64,000 nucleotides of DNA from Octopus sinensis (lineage: Eukaryota). The position numbers were made by a program, and so were the translations under genes. Positions 12,820-25,757 of this stretch are shown here, in pieces. Location of the stretch: positions 19,902,001-19,966,000 of the forward strand of contig NC_043020.1 in assembly GCF_006345805.1 (NCBI RefSeq), in the 5' to 3' direction. Below the pieces are notes generated by a model that ran no database searches, was not told the origin of the DNA, and saw nothing but the letters and a program-made list of their open reading frames with translations. Numbering within the stretch: the stretch's first letter is position 1; each line of letters starts with the position of its first letter.

Positions 12820-13530
12820 GCATGTATGTATGTATGTATGTATGTATGTATGTATGTATGTATGTATGTATGTATGGGTATGTGTGTATGTATGTATGTA
12901 TGTATGTATGTATGTATGTATGTATGTATGTATGTATGCATGTATGTATGTATGTATGGGTATGTATGGGTGTGTGTGCGAGTGAGCATGATAATGAGTG
13001 TATTTTCTACGTACGCATTTATGTGCTTCTTTTTCATTCCCTTCCACCATTCAATTCCATACACACTGATACACACACTCACACATACACGCATACATAC
13101 ACACACATAGACACACACAGACACTCAGATTCACACACTCGGACACACACACTCGGACACACACACAAAGAGCTATATATATGCGTGTATGAGCATGAAT
13201 ATGCGCCTCTATATACACATATGCATGTCCATGTGTGTGTGTGTGTGTGTGTGTATACACAAACACTTCCACACACACATACATACACACACATACACAA
13301 AACACAGTGAGAAACAAATAGACAGAGTGAAAGATTGATTAATAAACAGGGAATTTGATATTACCATAGTTTCGGAAGTGTATGCCTGTGAGGCTGTGTG
13401 TCTGTGCTGAGGCGTGGGCTTGAATGTAGTTTAATATTTGCGTGAGTGTGTGTCTGTGCGTGTCTGTGTGTGTGTGTGTGTGTGTATGTGTGCGTGCGTG
13501 TGTGTGTGTGTGTGTGTGTGCGTGCGTGCG
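12820..13530. repeat. (ATGT)n, (CA)n and (TG)n microsatellite cluster
   Basis: Direct reading; explains the many YIHT/CVCV ORFs. Confidence 0.95.
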
Positions 13531-14408
13531 TGTGCGTGTGAAATCTCTACGTTAAAACTGCTCTCATATATATTTATTTATTGTTTAACACATTTGCTGA
13601 GTGATACAGCTGACATGTAAACAGTGGTGTACAAGTCGTCAACGAGTGATGGGCAATATGATGTGGAGTGGAGAACGGGTGTAATCAAATGAGAAAAACT
13701 CAATGAAAAAGAAAACACCGAACAGAGAAATGTATGGCCAGAAACTAAATTGACAACTCGCCTCTTCTTTTACGTTCCCTTGTCTCACCTTACGAATTAT
13801 TTCTTATCTCATCTACTTTATTCATACAAGGCGTGCTTCAACCTCACACTTGGTTTCTGTTATCCTGCGCCTCCTTTACAATGGCAGAAAGATTAGTTAT
13901 CTTATCCCATGTATGTCTGCACATCGCACGGCAGTTCTACTTCAGTGTTCTCCCATCCTATGTATATTTGCCCATCAGGGGTAGCAGCTTTGCTCCCTCC
14001 TTCTCGTTCGGTTGCAAGTTTAATAGATCTTTTATTCCTTAATGTCTATTCATAAATTTCAAGACTCCCTGAAAATGTCTGACGCCATGCAGACCGTGTG
14101 TTTCCCTGACGTCTTCTTCCTTCTGCCCGACTCAATGTTGTTTTATTTATATAGATATTTCATTTGTTGAACGATATTTCGACAGCAAGCCTGTCTTTGT
14201 CGAATTCGAAATAAAAAGTGATAAAAATTTAAAATTAAAGATATTCAAATCTAAAGTATGAACGAGAGCAACTAGCGTTCACACGTTGATGGAATGACAT
14301 AATCAGTCTTTACGTTTCAATTTTATAACTGGCGAAAAGAAAAAGACAAAAAAGACAGAAAAAAGAGAAAAAAGAGGAAAGAAGAAAGAAAAGGAAAAAG
14401 AAGAATAT

Positions 14409-15740
14409 TTAATTAAACAGTTTTGTGTAAATTTGATGAAATTCTCCTGTTATTCTATTCATTCTTCCTGGGCGTGATGTTAATAACCCGCAAACATATT
14501 TCTCCTCATGCATTTTGAGTATTGAAAGTGAAGTAGATTCAGAATATTTTCTGAGAATATGCATTTTCAAGTCGTTTTCAAAATTACAGCCGTTTGAAGC
14601 AAAATGTTCGGCAAGTTCTGTCGAACTACCTGACGTCATATTTGTGTCTATTAAACCCTTTGTTTAATTTCTGTACAACCAGCATAAATCAAGTTGTGCT
14701 TCGTGCATTCTGCCGCGTACACCAAATGGTAATCTCTACATGTCCCACCTCTGTTATGATTCCTGGTGGAATTCACTTGACTCATGTTGTTGCACAATGA
14801 ACAGGGCTTACCTATCTTGCAGCTGTGCAGATACCCCAATGCTAGTTTTCTTGGAATCGGAAACAGTGGTCAATAATTCCCTTATATTCTTATTCTGTCT
14901 AAAGGCTACAATAGGCGGCTGAGGAAATATCTGTTTGAAGGGAGGATGTTTTTCCGCAACATGCTGGTAACTTTCACGCAACACTTTTGAAATTCCAGCA
15001 AAATGTCGGTGCCAGTTAATCACTAAAGGAATTCTGTCATATATGGGTATTGAGTTTGTTAAAATTATGCATGAAGGTTTGACTATCTTTCCTATCTCAG
15101 CTATTTCATTTGCTATTTCCTTTAATCGTGATTCACCGTAACTGCCTGGGCCTATGGATAAATTTCAGAAATCCCTTGCCTGGCAGTGCTACCGAGGGGC
15201 GCTGCCTGTCCTGGATAAACTTTGCAGGCACGGAAGTACCGTCAGCCGGGCTTGCCCGAGAAATGGGCAGAACGATGAAACCGTTCTGCACGCTCTCGTC
15301 TAGTGCCCGAGTAATGCTGATCTGTGGGTTAATGTTGAACACCTACTGTCGCGTGTGGGACGGATGCGGTTACCAACTGAATCCATAGTGAAAATTGCCT
15401 CGACGCTCTCTTTTGGCCGGGAGGTGCAGGCAGTTTTTATTTGTCTGGTGGCTGTAGCGAAAGGGGTAGTATGTGGGCTCGTCTGAAAGGGCTAAAGTTA
15501 GACACTTTCCTCTTTAGCCAAGCCCTCATCAACTTTTTCAAGTTTCACTCGAAAAGGAAGTTGAGGGTGAGGGAGTGTTGCCTTCTAGAAAGTTTGTTGA
15601 AAGGCGGGTGAATGTTGGAAGAATAGCCAGTGTGAAAGGACCAATTCTGAGCATACACCTGTGAAAAATTAAAGAAGGGCTCTTACCCTGTTGATCGGGC
15701 ACCTGAGGCTTTTGTGGGTTTTTCTACGAGGACCTTCAAA
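14409..15740 (-). mobile_element. Penelope-like element remnant (linker + GIY-YIG endonuclease, RT largely deleted)
   Basis: FPQPPIVAFRQNKNIRELL; C..C...GGTCRDYHLVYAAECTKHNLIYAGCTE; LAEHF...EEKYVCGLLT..PG.MN across frameshifted ORFs. The 5' boundary is uncertain. Confidence 0.75.
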
Positions 15741-15944
15741 GCGCCTCTCCTATTGGGAGATTCATGTTGTTTAAATTTTTTTATTGTTTTCAAATGTTTA
15801 GACGGCAGTAAAACCCTTTGTCTCGTGTTGTGTTGTCTTTTATGTTGTGTTTCGTAATTTTATGTTGTTTTATGTAAGCCCTTGTGGCTAATAAAAGAAT
15901 GAATTATTATTATTATTATCATTATCATTATTATTATTATTGAG

Positions 15945-16480
15945 TGAGAGAGCAGTGCGTGCCATCAAGGTGACACTGGGGTAAAATATATGAAGCCCAG
16001 TATACCCATCATGACTACCTGTCTGATAAGGATACACTAAGTACATGCATCACAACCATATATGCGCAACATGGTGATTTCATATCAAGATAAACGGCAC
16101 ATGACCTTGCAGGTGGAGCCTAGTTAGAATTTTCTTCTGGCCGAGTAACCTATCCCGCTCAAAAGGTCCCTGAATAAGAGGTTAGGATGTTTAACGAACC
16201 GCCCATGTTTCCAAAGGTGAATTATCCAAACCTCTCAGAATTCCTTTCAACACACGGCTATGATGCTCCCCCACTACTTCTGCTCACGATCGGAGATGCA
16301 CATATTGTCAGCCACTAAAGGGACATGCTCAACTGGTTATGGTCAAACAACTGACAAGCAAATCAGAATATTTGCTGTAGCCCATCTTTTATACCAAGAC
16401 AAAACAATGTACATAATAACACTTCCAATCAGTTAAGATCAGAAGCCACAAGAGGCACTGCCTGGTACTGCATCAGGGCA
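15945..16480. repeat. Probable interspersed repeat embedded in an (ATT)n/(ATC)n tract
   Basis: Complex non-coding segment bounded on both sides by trinucleotide microsatellite; single copy in this window, so the class is unassigned. Confidence 0.35.
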
Positions 16481-16496
16481 TTTATTATTATTATTA

Positions 16497-16562
<66 letters not shown>

Positions 16563-16691
16563 TATTATTATTATCATTATTCAGTAGTCTTATTTTATGT
16601 GCATTCACTGCACTACCGAGTGCAGCTCTGTGTGTCTTGGGTATGTGCTGTGATGCTCTTATGGTTACTGTATTGAAAGAGATTTTTTTCG

Positions 16692-16942
16692 TAGGCGGTA
16701 GGCAGGCAGACTTGTTAGCACGCCTAGCAAAATGCTTAGCGGTATTTCGGCCATCGCTACGTTTTGAGTTCAAATTCCGCCGAGGTTGACTTTGTCTTTC
16801 GTCCTTTTGGGGTCGATAAATTAAATACCAGTGAAACAGTGGGGTCGAAGAAATCGACTTACCCCTCCCCCCAAATTGTTGCCCCTGTGGTAAAATTTAA
16901 GACCATTGTCTCTCCCTCCTAAAAAGCACTGGCCTTGTGCCC
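16692..16942 (+). mobile_element. SINE family B
   Basis: GGCAGACTTGTTAGCACGCC...GAGTTCAAATTCCGCCGAGG...GGGGTCGATAAATTAA. Degenerate copies also at 10365-10470, 19478-19700, 26935-27085, 44222-44420. Confidence 0.88.
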
Positions 16943-17099
16943 ATTGTCGTTGTTGTTGTTTTGGTATCAGCAAGACATCACTTCGAGTGGCTCACAAGTT
17001 TTGTTTGTTTTAAATGCGTTTTAAAGGTCTTTGTTTAAACCCTTTTACTCTGTGTTATTCTTAAAATTAACATACATATTAGGGAACTAATCAGCTTCG

Positions 17100-19060
17100 T
17101 TATATTTTCTACTTTCAGAGAGGAATTTGGAATTTTTTGTCTGGGATTTACTCATTTTTTTTAAACAAAAAAAAAGAAGAAAAATGGCGTCGAAATCTCT
17201 CCCAGAAAAGCCCGAAGGAATAAAGCAGTAAATGAAAGAGCCCTTTTAATGCTGCTTCCACCAGCTCAAATTAAAGTACCATCACCATTAAAATCACCAC
17301 CAGCTTCACTCGTGCCGATAGAAACAACAGATGTAGCGGCAAACGGCAACAGCTTCAATGAAAATGAGAACCACGAAAACAAACAAAAAAAAAACTTAAT
17401 TGTGGCAACAACACAGTTACCAGTGATAACAACGCAACGACGACGACCGCCACCATCACTAACATTAAAACTAAAACAACAACAAAAATATTTCGAAAAG
17501 CAACACGAAAAGCAAAAATAGCAGCAGCACCAATGGGAGCATGCAGCTAGAACAGCAGCAACAGCTACCGCAACAGTAAAATTGGCAACCACAGCAACAG
17601 AACCTACAACCCCAACAGTGGAAGCAGCAGCAACAAAATCAAGAAAAGAAGTACCACCCTAAAGTGTCACTACACCACTGGCAACAACAACAACAACAAC
17701 AGAACACTCTCAAGACATGCCTCTCCCCACTTCGGACAACTTTGGAGTGGCGAGTGGTGAAGGTAAGCGTGAAGAGCTGAAATGGCAGAAGATGATCAAC
17801 AACAAAAAGTAAGAAGCAAAAGAGAAGAAACCCCACCCTCTCCCCCAAGCCTTGGAGATTCGAACAGAGGAAATACTTCAAGCAAACACACACCGTTTCC
17901 ACCAACAATACCCTCATCAGCTTCATCAACATCATCATCGCCACCACCGCCACCACCGCCATCACAGACACCAACAACATCACAAGCACGAGGACAACTC
18001 AATCTGCACCCAAGCCAACGAGAACAACACCCGCAAAAAAAACATCATAGACTACATGACCATAAATACAAACAACAAAGAACTAATAAATCTCATACAA
18101 CAATGCACAAACATTACACACCCTGATTTCGTCACACTAACAAATAACATACCAACACATATGCAAATTCTAAAAACATCATAATGAGCATGCAACCAGC
18201 TAAAAACATAGCCCGACGGAATCTATAAAAATATGACAGTTAACATACTAACCAGCAGGACGGAACACCTCGCAACAATGTACGTAGACTTTCCTCATTC
18301 CCTTCTTTCTTAGAACAGGGAGTGTAAAAGCATGTAACCTAGGATCGCCATGGAAGCATGGCCACATATTCAACGACTACTGGTTGCTTAATATAGGCCG
18401 CCATCAATGAAAGCACAGCCTCCGAGTCACGAGCCTTCACACCTATTTTCGTTGGATACGAGATGTGCGCATCTTTAAGTAGACTGAAATTTGGAGGCTG
18501 GGTTGTGTGGAAAAAAGTCTTAAGATACGGACCATCATCTTGGACCAAGGAGGTTAGTTGGTAGTACTAAAAGCGATCAGACTAGTAGCCCACTACATTC
18601 CAACAGAAGCGTGGAAACCAGATCGCTTTAGGCATCTAGAGAATTTCCCCGAGTTGTCTCGCTCCTTTGTGCTAATGAGGAAGATCTTGGGTGTACGCTT
18701 AGGAAGATTTAAAAGTTTCACAGGCCTGCTCATGTTTCCACGTGTCAAGCACTTACCGACTGGAGTTTTCGAATGTGTCAATGTGGATATGAGCAAACTG
18801 CATCGGGTTATCAGGTGGTTGTGGGTGCTTTGCTTTGCTGAATTAAAACTGCTATTGTATAACCGCCGTTTAACTCCGAAATTCTGTCAAAAACTTCGAC
18901 ATGCTTTGATTTTAAAAAGATGCTCGAGTTCTGAAATATAATTTACAAAATCCACCCCAACATACAACTAAACTTACCCTTTCCCCAGAATCTTGTTCTG
19001 TGTATTAACACAGAGCAAACCATTCCTAACATAAACTTTTAAAACATTTAAAACAAAGAA
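17100..19060 (+). mobile_element. L1/Tx1-like LINE, internally deleted (low-complexity ORF1 remnant, start of APE endonuclease, jump to ORF2 C-terminus)
   Basis: Thr/Gln/Pro-rich decayed ORF from ATG near 17184; NLGSPWKHGHIFND..AAINES and DQGG.LVVL...IRLVAHYIP...FRHLE (APE-like) at 18330-18650; KILGV at 18681 followed by a short C-terminal region. Confidence 0.55.
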
Positions 19061-21118
19061 AAATTACGAGTAACTAGAAGGGACATCTTGCCGATACCAA
19101 AACAACAACAATACAATATTTTATGCTTTGATGAACTAAAATGGTGAATTGAAGGAAAGTCAATCTTCTGTTTAGAAGTGTAACAAGCGTTTCAGTAAAG
19201 TTAGAGTGAATATATTTAATATGAGACTTTATCGGAACAAGACGGACAACCCCGTACTTCGTTACGTCTGTACAACACTGAGTTATACTGTGTATTACGG
19301 TGGTATATAATTGCTACAAGAGATTAAAATTATGAGTGCTTATAACACACGGGATTTGCTAACAAGATTTTTTCCCAACCCACTTTTTTAAAAAAGCACA
19401 GTAATAAAAATAAAGCTTTGTGTGTTTTTAACGATTATAATTTTTTTTTGCTATTAGATATCAATTTAAAAGACGGAGAGCGGGCAGAATCGTTAGAGCA
19501 TCAGGTTAAAAAAAAAGTTTGCTGCATTTGCTCCGGCTCTTTGTATTCTGAGTTCACATCTCACTAGTTCTACATTGCCCTTTATCTCGTCGGATAGATA
19601 GAATAAAATACCCGGGTCGATATAATAGACCAAACCTCAACACGCCACCACCAGACACCACCAGCACCACCATAAAAAGCTAGTTTTGTGCCTAAATAAG
19701 AACAATTACGTCAATTTAGTGTATATAAAATGGGATATTAAAAGTTAATACTCAGGATTACAATAAGTTCTCAACTATAATCCAAATATTACTTTTTAAT
19801 ACGTGTGTGTGTGTGTGTGTGTGTACATGTATTCATTAAAAAAAATAAAGTTTTATTCTTAAAAAAAAGAATAAAACGTGGCGGGAAACATCGTGCTGCC
19901 AAATACCGTGTGATAATACACTCAGCAACTAATTTAAAACTGACTTTAGAAACGCTCATTATACATTTGCGATAATTAAAACAATAATAATCAAAACTAG
20001 ACAACGTTTTTGCCCCCTCATTTTACTGCATGGTTATTTCTATTTAGCTGTTCCAATGCTCTCTATACGTTAAATACGTTGACAAAAACTTTATTGTTTT
20101 TTTTCATGCAAATGGCATCTCGGAGAGAAAGAAAAATGTTAATCATTTACATTTTAATTATGATAAAAATATTAACGAAAATTTTTATTCCAAAAATGAA
20201 AAACAAAATTGTTTTGGATATTCGTTTTTAATTTTTAAACATTAAAACTTTCAGCAAAAAAAAAAATTTTGAAAAATTATTTGAATTGCTGTTTTTCTTG
20301 CTATTTAAATAGTTTTATTTTCAGTAATTATTATTTTTCTTTAAGAAATCCATATTTGAATTTTATTTCTTGTGTCTATATTGTATGTATATGACGTGTG
20401 TGTATGTATATATGAGTATGTGTATGCGTGATATTTCCCCTGTATGTCTTGTAATCACAGTTTCTGTGTATGTCTGCATTGTCATTGAATATTGCTGCTT
20501 ATTTGATGAACAACCGACTTCTATATTGCAAAATGGAAACTTATTTGCGTCCTAAAAAGAATTCGGGGAGATGACGGGAATCACAAAGCATTTGATAAAA
20601 CTACTAAATCAGGAATAAGTATTGTATAAAATTAATCCTTCATTCTGCCTCATATTTTCACATTTATTTGTCTGTATTGTCTAGCATGTTTGTTTCTTTT
20701 TACTTCTCCTTTCGGCTCATTTCGATTCATCTGAAGAGAATTCCGGGGGTTTTTATTCAGCTGACAGAGCCCATCTATACCTTTCATCTATTTCACAAAA
20801 TATTTAATTAGATGACTTCTCTATGGTTTTTAAGACGTGATGACAGCTTTAGAGAGACAAGACTACAAAATAAATTACTTATACGCTTTCCGCACGAAAA
20901 CTAATAGCTAAGTAGTTAATGTTAACGTATTGAATGTTGATTGTCTTAAATATGTTAACACTATTTTAACAAGGCATTTCTAGAGCTTACAAAGTGTTAA
21001 TCCCAAAGTTATCTTCTGTCTGATATATAGAACAATTTCAGACAAATACTATTTAACGTCGAACATCTGATGTTACTGGCTGACTTATCGTATGTGTGTG
21101 TGTGTGTGTGTATGTGTG

Positions 21119-21179
<61 letters not shown>

Positions 21180-21302
21180 CGTGTGTGTATTTTAATTGTC
21201 AGTTTAGATCACGCATTTGTTTGCTGTATGTCTCAATTGATAGCAGTTTTGGTTGGTGCAGAGGTATGATATCAAACAGGTCAGGATATCGAACAGTTTA
21301 GT

Positions 21303-22311
21303 TTATTTGCCAATCAATGCAGCTACAGAGAACTTAAGCGGGATCTTCGCACGCTCAGTAGTAAAAGTTCTTTCTGTTTGAGATTCCATTTTAAACGAAT
21401 TAATTGCTCCTTCTGCGTAGCTATCGTTTATGTCTGCTGCTTTCGGCCGATTTAATGGTCTGACTAAACATTGAAAAGCTGATCTTCTTTTCAACAGCTC
21501 TTCCGTAGTTATAAGTTTTCTCATGTTACTGAGACCATTTTTACCGATAGTTGTAACCAATGCTAGCGGTGTCTGGCATGTAGGGGATACACTCTCACCA
21601 GGAGACATTCTACTTGTACCACTGTGCTCAACGTTTTTTCCTGGTACTCCGTCGTTGACTTTGGAAGAAATTTCTGTAGATGTGTGAACACAGCCACTGT
21701 AGCTTTTACCACTTTTGCGTTGCTCTAATCCGTCTGGATCTTTCTGGTTTGTGGATGTGTACAAATTCAAGGACAACAGTTGGTAATTAACTTTTTGTTG
21801 CGCACTTTGGAATTGTAGTTTGTCTTTAGTGACAGAAGGGGAAATAGTTGATGGCAACGAAGGTGATGAAGATGAAAGAGACAAAGTATCTTCCGGACAC
21901 TTTGATGTCAACGAGGGGGAAGTGGATGGAATTCTACCTGAAGGCACACTAGTGATGGACGAAAGGATCGGGGATGGTGGCGACAACGATGAATTAAAAT
22001 ATATCGGGTGGTCTGAATTGAAAGGTGATGTGTGAAACGGGTAATGGACGGAGTAGGTTTGGATTAGTTGATTTAGGGTGGCAGGACAATATCCAGCAGA
22101 GTTCATAAAATTGGCACTGTTAGAAGCAACCACCAGACTTGACTTGGTACCTGTGGCTAGGTGTTCAATCGCTCGCTCTAAGCTACCGCCACAACCTTGC
22201 CACACCAGTTCTAAGAGGTTCGGATTTAAGGCCGGGAAAATTCTTCCTAAGAATTCTTTTGGGGTTTGGAGTTGCTGCTGCTGAATTTGCTGCTGCTGTT
22301 GCTGTTGATGT

Positions 22312-22371
<60 letters not shown>

Positions 22372-22648
22372 GATTGATGTTGTGGTCCAGGTCGACGTTC
22401 TCCTGTATAATTTTGCAGATTGTTATTGACCGTAGGTAAACGTAAAGTGCCGACTGCAGAAAGTGCATCTGCACCTATGTTAGATTTCGATTTGGCAACA
22501 ATTTCAGCTTCTTGTTCTCTCTGGTACATCACTACTTCAAGTTCTTTGTCAGCAAAACATCTCCGCTTGCGCATTCTTTCGTTCATGTAAGGCAGGACTC
22601 CTCGAATACTCTCGGGAGAAGGTAGACATTGCAGTCGGGAGCGGTAAC
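21303..22648 (-). CDS. DMRT2: DMRT2-class gene, terminal coding exon 3 (RMRKRR-F-DKELE motif, poly-Q, DMA-like domain, eh1-like C-terminus)
   Basis: Acceptor tatttattttttag|GT TAC gives (S)YRSRLQCLPSPESIRGVLPY in frame with ORF 21303..22586. ERMRKRRCFADKELE matches the DMRT2 conserved block (DRMRKRRAFADKELE). DMA-like TPKEFLGRIFPALNPNLLELVWQGCGGSLERAIEHLAT at 22265-22152. Stop TAA at 21305-21303. Confidence 0.93.
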
Positions 22649-22683
22649 CTAAAAAATAAATATTTAATAATAATAATAATAAT

Positions 22684-22880
22684 AATCCTTTCTACTATAG
22701 GTACAAGGCCTGAAATCTTGGTGGGAGGGCTAGTCGATTACACTGGTACTTAATTTATCGACCCCGAAAGAATGAAAGACAAAGCTGACCTCGGCGGAAC
22801 TCGAACTCAGAACATAGCGGCAGGCGAAAAACCGCTACGCATTTCGTCGAGCGTGCTAACGATTCTGCCCGCTCGCCGCC

Positions 22881-22882
<2 letters not shown>
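22684..22882 (-). mobile_element. SINE family B in Dmrt2 intron 2, flanked by (AAT)n
   Basis: Reverse-complement family B copy ending about 35 nt before the exon-3 acceptor. Confidence 0.88.
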
Positions 22883-22953
<71 letters not shown>

Positions 22954-22954
22954 C

Positions 22955-22993
<39 letters not shown>
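22883..22993. repeat. (AAT)n microsatellite
   Basis: Direct reading. Confidence 0.97.
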
Positions 22994-23041
22994 CCCTTCT
23001 AATATAGGCACAATAATAAGCATGCAGGTAAATGTACAATA

Positions 23042-23272
23042 CAGTAATCCCTCGACTGTCGCAGGTGTTACGTTCCAAAACCCCACGCGATAGGTGAAAA
23101 TCCGCGAAGCAGAAACAGAACTGTACTGTATATATTTTTTATTTTTATAATTTTTATATATTTATTTTATTATAAATGCAAAACAACACCACAGAGGAAT
23201 CGATGTAAGCTTAAATAATAAACCGCGAAAGGTGAACCGCGAAAGGTGAACCGCGATATGGCGAGGGATTGT
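23042..23272. mobile_element. Tigger/pogo-like MITE
   Basis: TA-CAGTAATCCCTCG... left end and ...GCGAGGGATT right end (inverted); internal AACCGCGAAAGGTGA tandem duplication. Confidence 0.65.
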
Positions 23273-23355
23273 GACACTGCTAATCACTGTACATATCATA
23301 TATTACGTAGAGTGTTTTTTCAATACAGTAGAAAACACAAAAACACAATAACCTA

Positions 23356-23770
23356 GGAGTGACTGTGTAGTAAGTAGCTTGCTTACGAACCACATGGTTC
23401 CGGGTTCAGTCCCACTGCGTGGCACCTTGGGCAAGTGTCTTCTACTGTAGCCTCGGGCTGACCAAAGCCGTGTGAGTGGATTTGGTAGACGGAAACTGAA
23501 AGAAGCCCGTCGTATATATGTATATGTATATATATCTGTATGTGTGTGTATATGCTTGTGTGTCTGTTTGTCCCCCCAACATCGCTTGACAACCGATACT
23601 GGTGTGTTTACGTTCCCGTAACTTAGCGGTTGGCAAAAGAGACCGATAGAATAAGTACTAGGCTTACAAAGAACAAGTCCCGGGGTCGATTTGCTCGACT
23701 AAAGGCGATGCTCCAGCATGGCCACAGTCAAATGACTGAAACAAGTAAAAGAGTAGAAGAGTAAAAGAGA
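23356..23770 (+). mobile_element. SINE family A (full length) in Dmrt2 intron 2
   Basis: Near-consensus copy with A and B boxes and GTAAAAGAG tail. Confidence 0.92.
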
Positions 23771-23899
23771 AAACCACTGCGCATCCACAAGCTCTAAAAT
23801 GTTATGGTCGGTTGTACGGTGAAAACACGTTATAAAAATTAAGACAACTGAATAATAATCATTTCTTTATTAGTCGCAAGTACTCAAAAGACAACAAAA

Positions 23900-24277
23900 A
23901 TGGAACAAAGGGCAATACGTATTCAACAGATGGCCAATTCTATCTTGTACAGAACAGAGTGCAAGAGAGAGAGTCAAAACGTAGTATGAACACAAACCGA
24001 AGAGAGTGGCGGAGTCGGAGGCCTGCAAGCCTGCAAAACCCCAATCCAAACAGATCAGGTGTTAGTGCATAACAGAACGGACCTAGTGGTAGTGGACGAG
24101 ATGAACCACATGTGCTATAAAGTTGATGTTGCGTGCTCCTTTGACCCACGAATAATCAAGAAGGAAGGCGGAAAAATATATATATACAATCCTCAGAGTA
24201 CGAAATAGTCCGGCTATGGAAAATGGAAAAGGCGAAGATAGTGCCAATTATTGTTGGGTCCCAAGGACCCAACAACA

Positions 24278-24280
<3 letters not shown>
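23900..24280 (+). mobile_element. Restriction-like-endonuclease (R4/Dong-like) LINE C-terminal fragment
   Basis: PIQTDQVLVHNRTDLVVVD, VDVACSFDPRI, EYEIVRLWKMEKAKIVPIIVG. Confidence 0.7.
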
Positions 24281-24308
<28 letters not shown>

Positions 24309-24329
24309 TGATGATGATGATGATAGTAA

Positions 24330-25100
24330 TTTGAAAGGATGCGCTGAGGCACTGATATGCAGCGCCAGGAACAAACTCTGAGAACTAATTACACTATGTT
24401 CCAAATACATAAGGGCAGTGAATCGCCCCTTTGTAGGATGTGTGGCAGCAAAAACGAAACAATCTCATATATTGTGAGTGAGTGTAGCAAGCTGACCCAA
24501 AAGCACAACAAAAGGAGACACGAAAATGTGGCTAAGTTCATTCACTGGAGACTGTGTGTAAAGTATGGTCTGGGCACAGCACGGAAATGGTACAAACATG
24601 AACCAGAGGCCATCACTGAGAATAATAAATATACGATCCTGTGGGATTTTACAGTCCAACGTGACACTAATCGATTCTCGGAGACCAGAAAAAAGGAAAC
24701 CAGGATGATAGGTATTGCAATACCTGGAGATGAAAGCGTAGGTGACAAAGAGCTGGAAAAGATAGAGAAATACAGACTACTAAAAGACGAAACTGTAAGA
24801 ATGTGAGAATTGAGGAGTGTAGCTGCTGTCTCAGTAGTTGTAAAGGCACTCGGAGCACTAACAACCAGGTTCGAGAAATATGTCGGAGAAATTGAAATTG
24901 AAATGAGGGCAGGGCAGGTCCAAAAAACTGCTCTATTGGGTACAGCTAGGATTTTGAGATTTGTGCTTGGTTGTTAAGTGTCTTCCACGATAAGTTAACA
25001 TCCAGGTATTTGCGGGAAGAGGCCCTGTGAGATCTCTGACAACAGGTTGCTGTCCGCTCTCACAGAACCAACCAGAACAAGACCGAGATCTCTGAAAAGT
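24330..25100 (+). mobile_element. RLE-type (R4/Dong-like) LINE 3' fragment with CCHC knuckle
   Basis: QEQTLRTNY, CRMCGSKNETISYIVSEC, RRHENVAK.IHW, ILWDFTVQ, IAIPGD, KELEKIEKY, LGTARILRFVLG*; ends in (TAG)n. Confidence 0.88.
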
Positions 25101-25133
25101 AAAATAGTAGTAGTAGTAGTAGTAGTAGTAGTA

Positions 25134-25172
<39 letters not shown>

Positions 25173-25757
25173 CGGCGGTGGTAGTTTTTCATTTGACACA
25201 AGGGCATCAAAGAAGGGGATATTACAAGGACAATTAACATTTTGTGCGCATGGAGCGCACAAAAAGATGAGAGTAAGAAAAGGAGAAAACGAGCGATGAG
25301 ATCAAAAGTATATATAATATACAAAATATGCGAATATATGAATGATGGAGAACTTCCAACTGGGGTCAATTAAGGAAACCCACAGATCCAGAATTGTCCT
25401 GATCCCCAGGTGCTTCGGTCCTTGCCCAACTGTTGTGCTCAAGTTTACTGGCGCATGCTTAGTTCTCAACAGGGACCCACATCACTCTCGGTGGTCTATA
25501 TAAGATTTTGTTGTTCAAGCAGAATTAAAAGCGAAACCTCACTCATATCACATCTTATTGACAGTCTTCAAAAGCAAGAGAAGAGAAAATGAAAATAAAA
25601 AGGACGCATTTGATAAGGTACTCGAATATACACTGTGTCTGAATATAAGGCTGAACAATTACGGATGCAGGACTTTTTAACACAAGCCTGTTTAATCATA
25701 ACTGACCAGGTAATAAGCTACAACAACAGCAATACATACATCTCAAAATGGGCTTAC

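Noticed and set aside
18272-18284. GCAACAATGTACG, close to the DMRT/Dsx binding consensus (possible autoregulation)
   Set aside because: It lies inside a LINE remnant, and ACAATGT cores are expected several times by chance in 64 kb of AT-rich DNA.
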